From: Bacteroidota bacterium
Lineage (GTDB): Bacteria > Bacteroidota > Ignavibacteria > Kapaibacteriales > NICIL-2
Length of the DNA: 64,000 nt
Assembly (NCBI GenBank): GCA_019695345.1
Contig: JAIBAE010000012.1
Span: forward strand, 3,732 to 67,731
Direction: 5' to 3'
In this document: positions 37,331 to 47,500 of the stretch, piece after piece
Layout: each line of letters begins with the position of its first letter
How positions within the stretch are numbered: the stretch's first letter is position 1
Notes under the pieces: generated by a model
What the model was told of the DNA's origin: nothing
The model's database searches: none
What the model saw: only the letters and a program-made list of their open reading frames with translations
Translations under genes and position numbers: made by a program

Positions 37331-37421
37331 TTTTAAATACAGGAAGTGCTGATAAGCGGTTCTAGTGCTTGTTAGAGTTAGACGCTTCTTCTACAGTTTT
37401 ACGCAACAATATCGGATTGTT

Positions 37422-37874
37422 ATGATTATTCTTCGTATTGCAGTTATCGGCTCTGTACTGTTATGGTGTGGAAGCATTGTGGTTTGTTTTGCACTCATGA
37501 TAGCACGGTATAACAGATGCAGTATTCGTAAATGGCTGCAAACAATTATTCCGATACAAAAGTTGGAGCAATTAGTTATTAGTAGCATTGTGTTAGTTCC
37601 GGCAGTATCATGGTTGCTGTTTCAGTGGGCAAAAGTAACTGTCACTATAACTCCGGTGCATTGGGACGAATACTACTTTGATATTGTATTGATATGTGGA
37701 ATGATGTGGACAGTACTAACATTTTTTACTACTATCGGTTTCTTGATAGGGTTAGTTCGTCCGGCCTATCTGCTGTTCCGAGGATATAAAGAACTAATAA
37801 CTTCGTATATACTTTGTACGTTTTATACAGTCGGCATGTTACTGCTTGTACATACAGTTCTGACGTTATTCTAA
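37422..37874 (+). CDS. 4-TM membrane protein, paralog A
   Basis: MIILRIAVIGSVLLWCG... The C-terminal VRPAYLLFRGYKELITSYILCTFYTVGMLLLV resembles IKPSLFKFRSRWGLLLSYTLFHVYCVAMMLVF of the 39422 product. Confidence 0.6.
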   Translation: MIILRIAVIGSVLLWCGSIVVCFALMIARYNRCSIRKWLQTIIPIQKLEQLVISSIVLVPAVSWLLFQWAKVTVTITPVHWDEYYFDIVLICGMMWTVLTFFTTIGFLIGLVRPAYLLFRGYKELITSYILCTFYTVGMLLLVHTVLTLF

Positions 37875-37898
37875 GTTCTCTTACCAGAGGATATACTA

Positions 37899-38564
37899 AT
37901 GAAATCACGAGCGTTATATGGACTTCTTGCAGGCGTCGCTACAATAGTAATTGCTGTGGTAAGTATGGTTTGTACAAAAGATACCACCACCACTACAGTA
38001 ACAACCAAACAACCACAACAAGCACAGGCACTACTTCAACAACAACGCAACGAGGATTCCATTCTCAACATAAAATCTCAGGAGGTTATGCAGTATACTG
38101 CCCAAAAACATTTACACATATCTCCGGTAATACTGCTCATTGATATGTCTGTCCCCTCGGGTAAATATAGGTTCTTTATCTATAATACAACTACACGCAC
38201 CATACTTAGCCAAGGTTTAACTACGCATGGTGTTGGTAGCGGACATAACACCGAACACTATATCGAATTCAGTAATGCCGAGAACTCTAACTGTACGCCG
38301 TTGGGTAAATACATTATTGGTAACAGTTATTACGGTCAGGGTGGTTTGCGGTATTCGCTTATTGGACTCGATACTTCAAACTCCAAGGCACAGAAGCGAC
38401 ATATTATTATTCACACAAGCAGTTTTATACCCAACGAAGAACAAGATGAACCACTAATGCAAAGTCAGGGATGTCCAATAGTATCGGAGAAATTTTTTGC
38501 AGAGTTGCATCAGTTCATTGAAAGTCAGAAAGGTAAAAAAGTAATGCTGTATATTTTTCGTTAA
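37899..38564 (+). CDS. L,D-transpeptidase catalytic-domain family protein (YkuD_2-like), membrane anchored
   Basis: LLIDMSVPSGKYRFFIYN...THGVGSG...FSNAENSNCTPLGKYIIG..YYGQGGLRYSLIGLD..NSKAQKRHIIIHTSSFIP...SQGCPIVS matches the YkuD_2 pattern, including the GC(P) active-site Cys. Confidence 0.7.
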   Translation: MKSRALYGLLAGVATIVIAVVSMVCTKDTTTTTVTTKQPQQAQALLQQQRNEDSILNIKSQEVMQYTAQKHLHISPVILLIDMSVPSGKYRFFIYNTTTRTILSQGLTTHGVGSGHNTEHYIEFSNAENSNCTPLGKYIIGNSYYGQGGLRYSLIGLDTSNSKAQKRHIIIHTSSFIPNEEQDEPLMQSQGCPIVSEKFFAELHQFIESQKGKKVMLYIFR

Positions 38565-38589
38565 TCAGAAACGCAAGCACATAGATAGT

Positions 38590-38661
38590 GGTTCCCTCCT
38601 CTGCCGAAGCAAACCTCGTACGCCGGCACACGGGCGGGACACAACGGTACAGCAACGCAGG
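38590..38661 (+). repeat. GC-rich intergenic element, forward copy (pair 2, left)
   Basis: GGTTCCCTCCTCTGCCGAAGCAAACCTCGTACGCCGGCACACGGGCGGGACACAACGG... Confidence 0.65.
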
Positions 38662-38732
38662 TTACAATAACTTCATAAAATATTAACTATGTAATCCTGA
38701 ATGTTATTATATCAGTAATAATAAGGTAGAAA

Positions 38733-39053
38733 ATGAAAATGTACATTGTTGTAAAAAATGAGATCCCGGATGAACTTATCCCCGTAATTGCAGCTCATGC
38801 TTCATTGGCGTGTTATCTACAATTTAAAGATGATGAGAGGATGATAAGATGGATAAATGGTGTTTTTAGAAAAGTAGTATGTTCAGCAAGTAATGATGTT
38901 TTTGAAAAGCTCAAAAATGAGGGTGATTTTATATGCCTAACTGAATCTGTACTAGATAATATTGAAGTGTCCTTAGCATTTTGTCCAAGAGATGAGTACC
39001 CCAAGATATTCAAGTACCTAAGTAAGTGGAAGCCTAGTGGTCAAAAAAAGTGA
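38733..39053 (+). CDS. PTH2-superfamily-like small protein (peptidyl-tRNA hydrolase 2 fold candidate)
   Basis: KMYIVVKNEIPDELIPVIAAHASLACYLQF...W.NGVFRKVVCSASNDVFEKLKNEG.FICLTES...VSLAFCP aligns by eye with the Pth2 pattern KxVxVVRxDLxMxxGKxxAQxxHAA...W...GxxKVVL...L..L...DAG.T...VLAIGP. Confidence 0.45.
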   Translation: MKMYIVVKNEIPDELIPVIAAHASLACYLQFKDDERMIRWINGVFRKVVCSASNDVFEKLKNEGDFICLTESVLDNIEVSLAFCPRDEYPKIFKYLSKWKPSGQKK

Positions 39054-39217
39054 TTGATAAGATTGTAACATAGTGTATCGTGAAACCTGTTGCGCTTTAT
39101 CTCTTTTGTATCTATGGCGGTGCACGTAGTTATTGATAGGCAGAATACAAGTATAACATATACGATAGACAAGGTGCATTATGTGGTAAAAGAATATCAA
39201 CAGGGCGACACAGTTAA

Positions 39218-39276
39218 GGTTGGCTCCGCCTGTGTGTCGGCGCACTACGGGTCGCTTCGGCAGACGGGCGGAGACC
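39218..39276 (-). repeat. GC-rich intergenic element, reverse copy (pair 2, right)
   Basis: The reverse complement GGTCTCCGCCCGTCTGCCGAAGCGACCCGTAGTGCGCCGACACACAGGCGGAGCC aligns with 38590-38640. Confidence 0.65.
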
Positions 39277-39286
39277 AAAAAAGAAT

Positions 39287-39316
39287 TTAAAATAGAGTAA
39301 CAATAGAGTAACGGAT
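39287..39316 (+). promoter_or_regulatory. Tandem 11-nt direct repeat TTAAAATAGAGTAACAATAGAGTAACGGATG, site 1
   Basis: ATAGAGTAACA/ATAGAGTAACG with an 11-nt period. 28/30 identical to 39996-40025. It lies 105 nt upstream of ATG 39422. Confidence 0.45.
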
Positions 39317-39421
39317 GTGGTGAAAATCACTTTATTTTTACTATGTACTTGTTCGGATAATGTACAATCTGCTTTGAATCAATAATCAATAGATACGTAC
39401 ACGTTAACACGAAGAGATATT

Positions 39422-39943
39422 ATGATACTGATAGGAACTTTACTTTGGTTAGTATGCGTGGCTGTTGCCATACTTACGATAATGCGTTTCATGACAACCG
39501 TTAATGCAGCCAAATCACTCACCTCATCTTTTAGTGCAACTATGATGATAGTTACATTGGTTGTATTCACGCTGTTTATGCCTGCAATTAGCGCAGGACT
39601 TTTTTACTGGTATCATCGTTCCGATGAACCCGCAATACCCAGAGTTGAATCTTACAATGAATATAACATGCCCTCAACGGGACAGATGGCTCTATCGGCT
39701 TTTGTAAAAGAGGGTGGGTTTCTTACTACGCTTGTATTGTTATGGTTGACAATGCTTTTTACAAGTTCAATTTTTCTTATCTACAATTTTATCAAACCAT
39801 CGCTGTTTAAGTTTCGGAGTCGTTGGGGACTATTATTATCTTATACGCTTTTTCATGTTTATTGTGTTGCAATGATGTTGGTATTTATTACAACGCAGTT
39901 CTTTTTTGAACGCGGCGTGTATAAGGAGTGGTTTTTACCGTAA
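39422..39943 (+). CDS. 4-TM membrane protein, paralog B
   Basis: See 37422. Same topology and a shared C-terminal motif. Confidence 0.6.
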   Translation: MILIGTLLWLVCVAVAILTIMRFMTTVNAAKSLTSSFSATMMIVTLVVFTLFMPAISAGLFYWYHRSDEPAIPRVESYNEYNMPSTGQMALSAFVKEGGFLTTLVLLWLTMLFTSSIFLIYNFIKPSLFKFRSRWGLLLSYTLFHVYCVAMMLVFITTQFFFERGVYKEWFLP

Positions 39944-39995
39944 CGATTGATAGCAGGATGTTGTTGTTAATAGTTCGAAATCGAGAAACCTTCTT

Positions 39996-40025
39996 TAAAA
40001 TAGAGTAGAAATAGAGTAACGGATG
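39996..40025 (+). promoter_or_regulatory. Tandem 11-nt direct repeat, site 2
   Basis: TTAAAATAGAGTAGAAATAGAGTAACGGATG, 163 nt upstream of ATG 40189. Confidence 0.45.
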
Positions 40026-40188
40026 ACATGTTTCTGTGTATAAATTCGTAGTGTTATTTCTTGAATAGTTTTTCAGTGTGTACTAAATGGCTGCATTAGC
40101 GGCAGTTAGCATTATTTTCGTAGCAAACTTAATTGGACTAAATTATCTAATTTGGTCATGCTTTTTCAATTATACTAAGGGGTATAAC

Positions 40189-41055
40189 ATGAAGTATTTT
40201 TGGTTTACCGTTGTTTACGTACTTGCCATAAGCATACAAACAACAACTATGCAGGCACAGGCAACGTTTGCATCTACGATTGATGAGACGCGGTTTGATG
40301 ATTCAGTTAAGGTATTGGGAATAGGCGGTGTAGATACAGATGTAAAAAGAAAAGGGTGGATATCCAATACATACTCACTAGCTAACAATAATCATTTCCA
40401 ATTGATTAACAATGCTTCTGCCAGCATACCAGCTTTCGACAGTTTGTCAGCCACGGGGGGGTATGTTGAGATTCTTGGAATAAATACAAAATCACCATTC
40501 CGTTTTAGTGTCGGCGCACAAGGAGCCATTAAAAACGATTCATTGCCAAATGAATTTACAGCAAAACTGTTAGCATTAAAAAAAATGTTAAATGGCGGTG
40601 GAAACATAGTCCTGAATATCTCTTTATATCCTGCAACATATTTCAATAAAGATCGCTCTTTAATTCCAATGTTTTATTGGGGCATTAATCTGTCTGGTTT
40701 TACAGATGTAAAGGTACTTAACTCGAAAGAATCAAGACCGGCAAGAGGGCTACAAGGAAGTATAGAAACAGATCTACGATTATTATCTGTAGAAGCTCAG
40801 GATTTTAATGGTAAAAAAACTAATGTGAGTATTGGTATAAGGGGAAAAGCATTATGGAATGTTGCAAACAATCAATTCATTGATAAATACTCAACCAACT
40901 ATAATTTTGATAACATAAAAATGGCTACTTTATCCGTGCTCATTAAATACTATAAAATTGACCTTCAATATACTCACACTTGGGCTCCAGATACAATAAT
41001 ACCAATAGGTTCAGGAGATATGTTTACAATTTCTGTATCTCCAGATAATTTTTAG
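40189..41055 (+). CDS. Putative outer-membrane beta-barrel protein
   Basis: I use ATG 40189, giving the signal MKYFWFTVVYVLAISIQTTTMQAQA. It has alternating-hydrophobic strands and a C-terminal ...FTISVSPDNF with terminal Phe. Confidence 0.55.
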   Translation: MKYFWFTVVYVLAISIQTTTMQAQATFASTIDETRFDDSVKVLGIGGVDTDVKRKGWISNTYSLANNNHFQLINNASASIPAFDSLSATGGYVEILGINTKSPFRFSVGAQGAIKNDSLPNEFTAKLLALKKMLNGGGNIVLNISLYPATYFNKDRSLIPMFYWGINLSGFTDVKVLNSKESRPARGLQGSIETDLRLLSVEAQDFNGKKTNVSIGIRGKALWNVANNQFIDKYSTNYNFDNIKMATLSVLIKYYKIDLQYTHTWAPDTIIPIGSGDMFTISVSPDNF

Positions 41056-41113
41056 GAATGTTTTACCATTCTAAAAATCGGAAACAATTTATAATAACTA
41101 TCTAAGGACTTTT

Positions 41114-42637
41114 ATGAAGTATTTTCAAACAACTCTTCTCTTAGTACTATTATGTACAGGAACAGTATTTTCCCAACAAGATGCAAGCGATATGATTGAA
41201 CGTGTATTGCCAAGCACGGTAACGGTAACAGTTAAAGAGCGTGTAAATGCTTCAATACCATTTGGTTTTGCAGGTGTAGGTGAGAGCGATAACCCCGAAA
41301 CCGTCGAGCGCACCAAGTTGTACGAAGCCGCTTATACATTGGGGTATAAGTTCGATGTGATTGGTAGTGGCTTTGCCGTAGAAATTAATGGCAAGAAATA
41401 TATTATAACCAATGCTCACGTTGCCGAAGCAATCCTTGATAAGGAAATAGAATGTATTGGGGCCGATAACACAACATATAAAATGAAACTGCTTGGTGCA
41501 GATAGATTTTATGATATAGCAGTATTAGAGTTTCTTGATAACACCGCAATCAAACCTCTTACTTTCAGAACAAAACCATTACGTATAGGACAAACAGTAT
41601 TTGCAATTGGGGCTCCTTCTGGGTATTCTAATACGGTAACACAAGGTACTGTTAGTGGTTTAAATCGCCTTACAACAAATTCAGTAGCTACCGATAGAGG
41701 GATGGGCGGTTATGGTTTTGTTCAGCATACAGCAGGTATATACCATGGTAACAGTGGGGGTGCTTTGCTCGATGCACAAGGCAACATCTGTGGTATAAAT
41801 TCTCAAGGTCATTACGACGGACGTGATGGAGTTATAGCATCAATCAATTTTGCAATCAATACCGATGTTGTTCAAAAAGTTGTGAACGATATTGTTATTA
41901 GCCCCGACCACAGGTATCAACGAATGTATTCCGGTATTGCTGTCTCAGCAATAAGCGATGTATATTCCGATTCCCGGTTTGTTGTGATAACAGGAGTTCA
42001 CAACAATTCACCTGCAGGTGAATATAAGGAACGACTAAAGAATACACTGCTCTTATCAATCAACTCTTCCGATGTCCATAATCTTTTAGAATGTACAATT
42101 GCATTTGAGAAAGTAGCTCCCGGGAAACCCATAACATTAGTAGTTATTAATTCAAACCGTAAAAGAGATACAGTTACTATTACAACAACAACGTTAACCG
42201 AAACGGCATTAGAGCAAGTAGCGGATTTAGCATTAGCCAATGATACAACAGTAGCCATAAAGAAGAATCAGGATATACTTACAATGGTTGTTAACGAAAT
42301 GGAAGAAGGTAAATCGTTATACACTACAGCAGGTTCCGGCAAAAAGAATAAAACCGAACAACCAAAAAAATCAGTAGCGACTAAAGTTGAATACACAGTA
42401 AAGGGTATGGGGTATTATGATAGTTACGACGGCGATATAGTTGGTACGCCGTACATAGTGAAAAACAAAGCTGATATTGGAAAAGCATTCAGGATTATGG
42501 CAAATGTTTGGAATCAAGATAGATATGGTAGAGACGTACCAGTGTATATGGGATTCTTTAAACCAAAAAGCATTGCATCGTACGATAGCCCCGTGTTCTA
42601 CACATACAAAATCAACTTCCCAACAATTTACTATTAA
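41114..42637 (+). CDS. Exported HtrA/DegP-like S1C serine protease with PDZ-like region and unknown C-terminal domain
   Basis: Signal peptide. Catalytic triad contexts ITNAHVAEA (His), RFYDIAVLEF (Asp), GNSGGALLD (Ser). Confidence 0.85.
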   Translation: MKYFQTTLLLVLLCTGTVFSQQDASDMIERVLPSTVTVTVKERVNASIPFGFAGVGESDNPETVERTKLYEAAYTLGYKFDVIGSGFAVEINGKKYIITNAHVAEAILDKEIECIGADNTTYKMKLLGADRFYDIAVLEFLDNTAIKPLTFRTKPLRIGQTVFAIGAPSGYSNTVTQGTVSGLNRLTTNSVATDRGMGGYGFVQHTAGIYHGNSGGALLDAQGNICGINSQGHYDGRDGVIASINFAINTDVVQKVVNDIVISPDHRYQRMYSGIAVSAISDVYSDSRFVVITGVHNNSPAGEYKERLKNTLLLSINSSDVHNLLECTIAFEKVAPGKPITLVVINSNRKRDTVTITTTTLTETALEQVADLALANDTTVAIKKNQDILTMVVNEMEEGKSLYTTAGSGKKNKTEQPKKSVATKVEYTVKGMGYYDSYDGDIVGTPYIVKNKADIGKAFRIMANVWNQDRYGRDVPVYMGFFKPKSIASYDSPVFYTYKINFPTIYY

Positions 42638-42789
42638 CGTATACCCTTGGTTGTGGTCTTGCGATTGTCCCTAACTGCTATCGCAAGACCGCACCGATTG
42701 TATATGTATAATAGTTTCTTACTGTGTGGGAGAGAAAGTTGATATTGTTGAAATTTATATATCAATAACCATTACATTTTGAGGGACGT

Positions 42790-44529
42790 ATGAAACCATA
42801 TAAGCTCGCACTTCTGATTGTTTGCTTGCATATACTTAGTATGGGGGCGTGTTGCCAATGCCCTACAACACTATTATCCGAATCGAGTACCAAAAACAAG
42901 AAGGAAATAGAGGAACTGTTACGAACAATACATTACTATTCGGGCTATGGTGATGTTCCTTTGCCTACATTTTGTTTCAGACCAGAACCAGATAAATATT
43001 CAGATAGGAATGGTAAAGAAGTACCTGGCGCATACTACGATGGCGATAGATCTATTGTGATTTATGAAAAATTATACAACGAAGTAAAACAAAAATTTGG
43101 TACAACTGCTAGAGATGCTTTTGCCTATGTTATAGCTCACGAGTTAGCACACTACTTCCATAATCACAACACAAGCAAGTGGATAAACGGCAAACTGACC
43201 CTAAAACTATCATTTGGTTTTGCAACTGCACATTTGACTGATATGCAAGGAGTGGCAGTCAATGATACAAACAACAGCAGGTTGATTGTTGCTGAACACG
43301 ATGCTGATGCAACTGCCGCAATGTGGTGTTACCGTGCGGGGTTTAACCTTAAAAAAGTAAGTAACGAGATGGAATACATTTACAGTACGTATAATTTGCC
43401 AGACAATGATTTGGTTAAATATGGATACCTTCCGTTACGTATTCGGAAAAAAGGATTTAGCGAGGATATTCTGAAAATGGCTCAACAAGCTGCGCATTTG
43501 TTATCGTTTATTGAGTACGCAGTTGCTGTGCAAGATTGGAGTACAGCACAAATGCTATTCAAGTATCTTGATAAATATGAACAAGCATGGTTGCGTACCC
43601 CCGAAATAGAAAATATGTGGGGTGTAATGTTGGCACAGTGGGCATTAACAGAGATGAGTAAAAATGGATTTGCATCGCATCTTCATTATGCATATTGCTT
43701 CCCGTTTACAATGCAACAACCATCTTTATCTACCAGTAAAGGTTCTGCGGAAGAAATCACAGCATTGTTAGACTCAGCTGAGCATCATTGTTCTACGGCT
43801 ATAAAAAATTCAGATTCAACTTACACTGCCGCTTATATCAATATGGGGTTAATTGCCGTATTGCAGAATAACCTACAAAAGGCAAAGCGTTGGTTACAGG
43901 ATGTACACCTTGCTTCCATACCCGATGAACAACTTGCCGCACTGCATATTGCCCGTGGCATTTACGCATTACAGGTTAACAAAACCGATATTGAAACTGC
44001 ATTGAATTTGTTCAAGCAAGCAAAATTTACGTTACCTGTTGTTGCTGAAAACAACGTCAGGTTATTAACTACTACATCAATTCCACACACTGCTCTTTCT
44101 AACAAAAAAGTACCAACGCAAACATTTCTCAACTGGGATAAACCGGATACCATAAAAATTTTCCTTGATACTAACATCCATACTGTAAGGAATAAGATGG
44201 ATACATTGCTCATACGTTCATATCTGCTTTCCGGCAACAAAGATGTTCGATGTACCTATTGCACAATACATAGTCCTAAACCAAAAGTATTTGAAACAAT
44301 GAAATATAAACCGAGTATGGTTGAAGGGCTACAACCTAATAGTAATGGCGATTATGAGTATGCCGAATTTCGAAAAAAGTTTGGTGATAGCGATATGGCA
44401 ACAATTACTAACGGAAGAACAATGATTGCTTATACATTGCCAAATAACGAACACCATAATACACTAATAGTTGTTGTGAATAATGATAATCAATGTATCG
44501 AAGAAGTTTGCCAATGGCGCAACTGGTAA
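42790..44529 (+). CDS. Lipoprotein with M48-like HExxH zinc-metallopeptidase motif and TPR-like region (BepA-like architecture)
   Basis: Lipobox-like LSMGAC. VIAHELAHYFHNH, then AEHDADATAAMWCYRAGF (downstream E/D ligand region). TPR-like AAYINMGLIAVLQNNLQKAKRWLQ. Confidence 0.65.
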   Translation: MKPYKLALLIVCLHILSMGACCQCPTTLLSESSTKNKKEIEELLRTIHYYSGYGDVPLPTFCFRPEPDKYSDRNGKEVPGAYYDGDRSIVIYEKLYNEVKQKFGTTARDAFAYVIAHELAHYFHNHNTSKWINGKLTLKLSFGFATAHLTDMQGVAVNDTNNSRLIVAEHDADATAAMWCYRAGFNLKKVSNEMEYIYSTYNLPDNDLVKYGYLPLRIRKKGFSEDILKMAQQAAHLLSFIEYAVAVQDWSTAQMLFKYLDKYEQAWLRTPEIENMWGVMLAQWALTEMSKNGFASHLHYAYCFPFTMQQPSLSTSKGSAEEITALLDSAEHHCSTAIKNSDSTYTAAYINMGLIAVLQNNLQKAKRWLQDVHLASIPDEQLAALHIARGIYALQVNKTDIETALNLFKQAKFTLPVVAENNVRLLTTTSIPHTALSNKKVPTQTFLNWDKPDTIKIFLDTNIHTVRNKMDTLLIRSYLLSGNKDVRCTYCTIHSPKPKVFETMKYKPSMVEGLQPNSNGDYEYAEFRKKFGDSDMATITNGRTMIAYTLPNNEHHNTLIVVVNNDNQCIEEVCQWRNW

Positions 44530-44573
44530 ATAAGTAAGTACAAAAAGATTGATATACATTTGGTTACAATGAT

Positions 44574-47500
44574 ATGAAAACTCAACTTCACATACTGTTT
44601 ATTTGTTGTGTTATATTCACACTATGTAATACTTATACAAGTAAAGCGCAACCTGATCAACCACAAACTCCACCATCCACCCCAAAAGGTGAGAAGTATG
44701 CGATAGTGATGGCTACAAATAGATATATTGCTTTTCGTACTTTAAACTATGCAGAAGAAGATGCCAGATTAATAAAAAAAATAATAGAAGACGACAGCAT
44801 AATAGGAATAGGTGAGACGAAAAGCGATACTTACAATAAACACTGTTACTTTTATTTGGACACGAATGTTACACCAAGCAATTTTTCGACAGCGTTAAAA
44901 CAAATTGGGAACCAAATTGCGCAAAATCCAAATAAACTAAATCACCCACCCGACACTTTATTTTTTTACTTTTCAGGTCATGGTTTTTTCGATGAAGAAA
45001 ACGATTTGTATTACTTGTGTGGTTACAACGCAGAAAAAACTGGAACAACGGCAGTTTGGGAATTAAAAACTCTTTGGGGCAGGTTAAATAAATTTGCAAA
45101 AAGTTGTAATACTGTAGTGAATGTAGTGATTGATGCATGCCATTCAGGTGGCGTACATAAAGCATCTATTAATGGCGAAGATAAGAAACCACAATGTACT
45201 TTTATTATTTCCACAAAAGACACTTCATCGTCTTTCGAAGATAAATGTTGGGGAGGTGGACACGGTGTTTTCACATACTATCTTGCCCGAGGAATTGTAG
45301 GAGAGGCAGACGAAGATAAAAACGGAGTAATTCAATTATCAGAATTAAAAAAATACTTAAACAACTCATTCAAATCAGATAAATGTTTAAATCAAATTGG
45401 TAATGGTAAGATTCAAAAGCCAAGTATCCTTACAAATAATACAGAAGATGGTGATGAACTAGTAATAAGTAAAAGCCCCGTAAAGAGTTTGGTAAAAGAT
45501 TTTGTTCTGAATCTTGGGAAAGAAAATAATCCTTCAATTGTTGTTATCAATAAAGGCGATAACGATGATAAAAATTTGAAAAAATCTGTTGATTCTGTTC
45601 TTACGTTACTAGAATCAGATAATAAAATATTGTCTGCCTCACAGGTGAGGTATGATTATGTTTTAGAACACGCAAGTAGTGAATATCAAAAGCTCAGTGC
45701 AAGAAATTTTTTACAAAACCAATACCAACGCTATGCTGAAAATTCAATCAATGCCTTCTTCCACGGTGATATAACCCGAGATTACGGTACTGAATTTAAA
45801 CAAGGTAGTGCATACCTTGACTCTGCTATGAAACTTCTTCCCGAAACAACAGAAGATTTAATTGACCTTCGTGATTTTATGTATGGCTATGCAATTGTAT
45901 ATAACTCTGATAGCAGGTTATACTATAAATCAGATTCACTATTTAAAGAGTGTGTAAAGCGTAAACCGCAGTTCACCTACCCATATTACGGTTTAGCCGT
46001 GTTAAATGAGGAACGTTGCCTATATGATACCGCAGAGAAGTTATTTAGAAAATGTATAGCATTATCACCCGAGTGGATGAGACCGTATAATAGCTTGGCA
46101 CAAATGTATAGAGACAGGCACTACTTTAAGCAAGGCCTTGCATTGGCAGACACGGCAATAAAAAGAGACTCTGTAAACCCGAACCCATACATAACCAAAG
46201 CAAACTGTTTATTGGATCTGGGGCATTACAAGCAAGCAGAAGAAGCATACAACAAAGCCCTACAACTCAATAACAACCGTAATAACAATATAACGGCGCG
46301 AATTAAGCGCAATCTGGGAATTTGTTATCGTGAACGTGAAGCAAACACAACATACCGCAAATACCTCAAAGAATCATTTGAGGCAGATTCAACTTACATT
46401 TTTACATTACAGAATTTAGCTGAGTTAAGCAGTCAGGATACAAGTGTTTATCATGGCATTCATACATGGAATACGTACTACAAAAAGATATTGAGTTTAC
46501 CGGAAACTGCTGAAAAGTATTATGTGCTTGGGAGTTTTAATCAATGGTGTGCAGGTAAAATTCCGAATGATAAAGGAGATAGCATAAAACGTTATATGCT
46601 CCTTGACACCGCTAAACGCTATCTGGTGCAAAGTATTGACCTTGACACCTTTAATGTTGATGCATATAAAAAACTATTTTGGACTTATTGGGATTACTCA
46701 TATTACGCATACTATCTAAACGATAAAAGGTTTATCAATAAGAATGATGCAGACGCATTTCAGGTGATTTCAAAAATTGATACCCTTTCAAAAAACCATG
46801 TATCTGAGATACAATATGCAATTGGTTACTACTACTTTTGGAAGAAAGCTGACACTACAAAAGCAATTGAATACTACAAGAAAGCACTACAACTTGAGCC
46901 AGGATACTATTCACCAATAAGAAAACTTGAAGAAATTTATAGCAAGTATGACTCAGCAATACTACAAATGTATTATATGGCAGATAGTACTAATTGTTCA
47001 CCAGTTACAAGCCATGAACTTGCTATGTATTATGAAAGAATTGGTAAACAAGATTCAGCCATGCGAAACTATAAAAATTGTATTGTCTTAGACTCATCAT
47101 ACTTTAAGGTATATCCAAATTTAGCCATACTATCTATGGCAAATGATGTAGAAAAAACCTTAGAATACTGCAAAACGTACATGAAACATAAATCTGATGT
47201 GTTTACACCGTCCAATAATCAAAGGGAATCATTAAATGTTGCAAAAAATGAAATTGAGAATAACAGAAATGTAGAAAGATCTTTATCTGATTTATTATTG
47301 GCAGAATCAGTGAGGTCATGGCGTTTAAAACGATTTGGAGAATGTTTGAGATATGCAGAGGTTTCGTTCGAATTAAATCAAAATAACACAAATGCGATAT
47401 TGCAACTGGCAAAATTATATTACATGATGAATGATAGGCATAAATTGTATGAAATAATCACTTCAATAAAAATAAATAATGAGAATATTTTTGATGCGGA

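Noticed and set aside
42655-42690. Perfect 11-bp hairpin after the S1 protease gene as a rho-independent terminator
   Set aside because: No T-tract follows. Its 3' arm is a copy of the recurring GCGATAGCA-type motif, so I treat it as a repeat-family member. Terminator function is not excluded.
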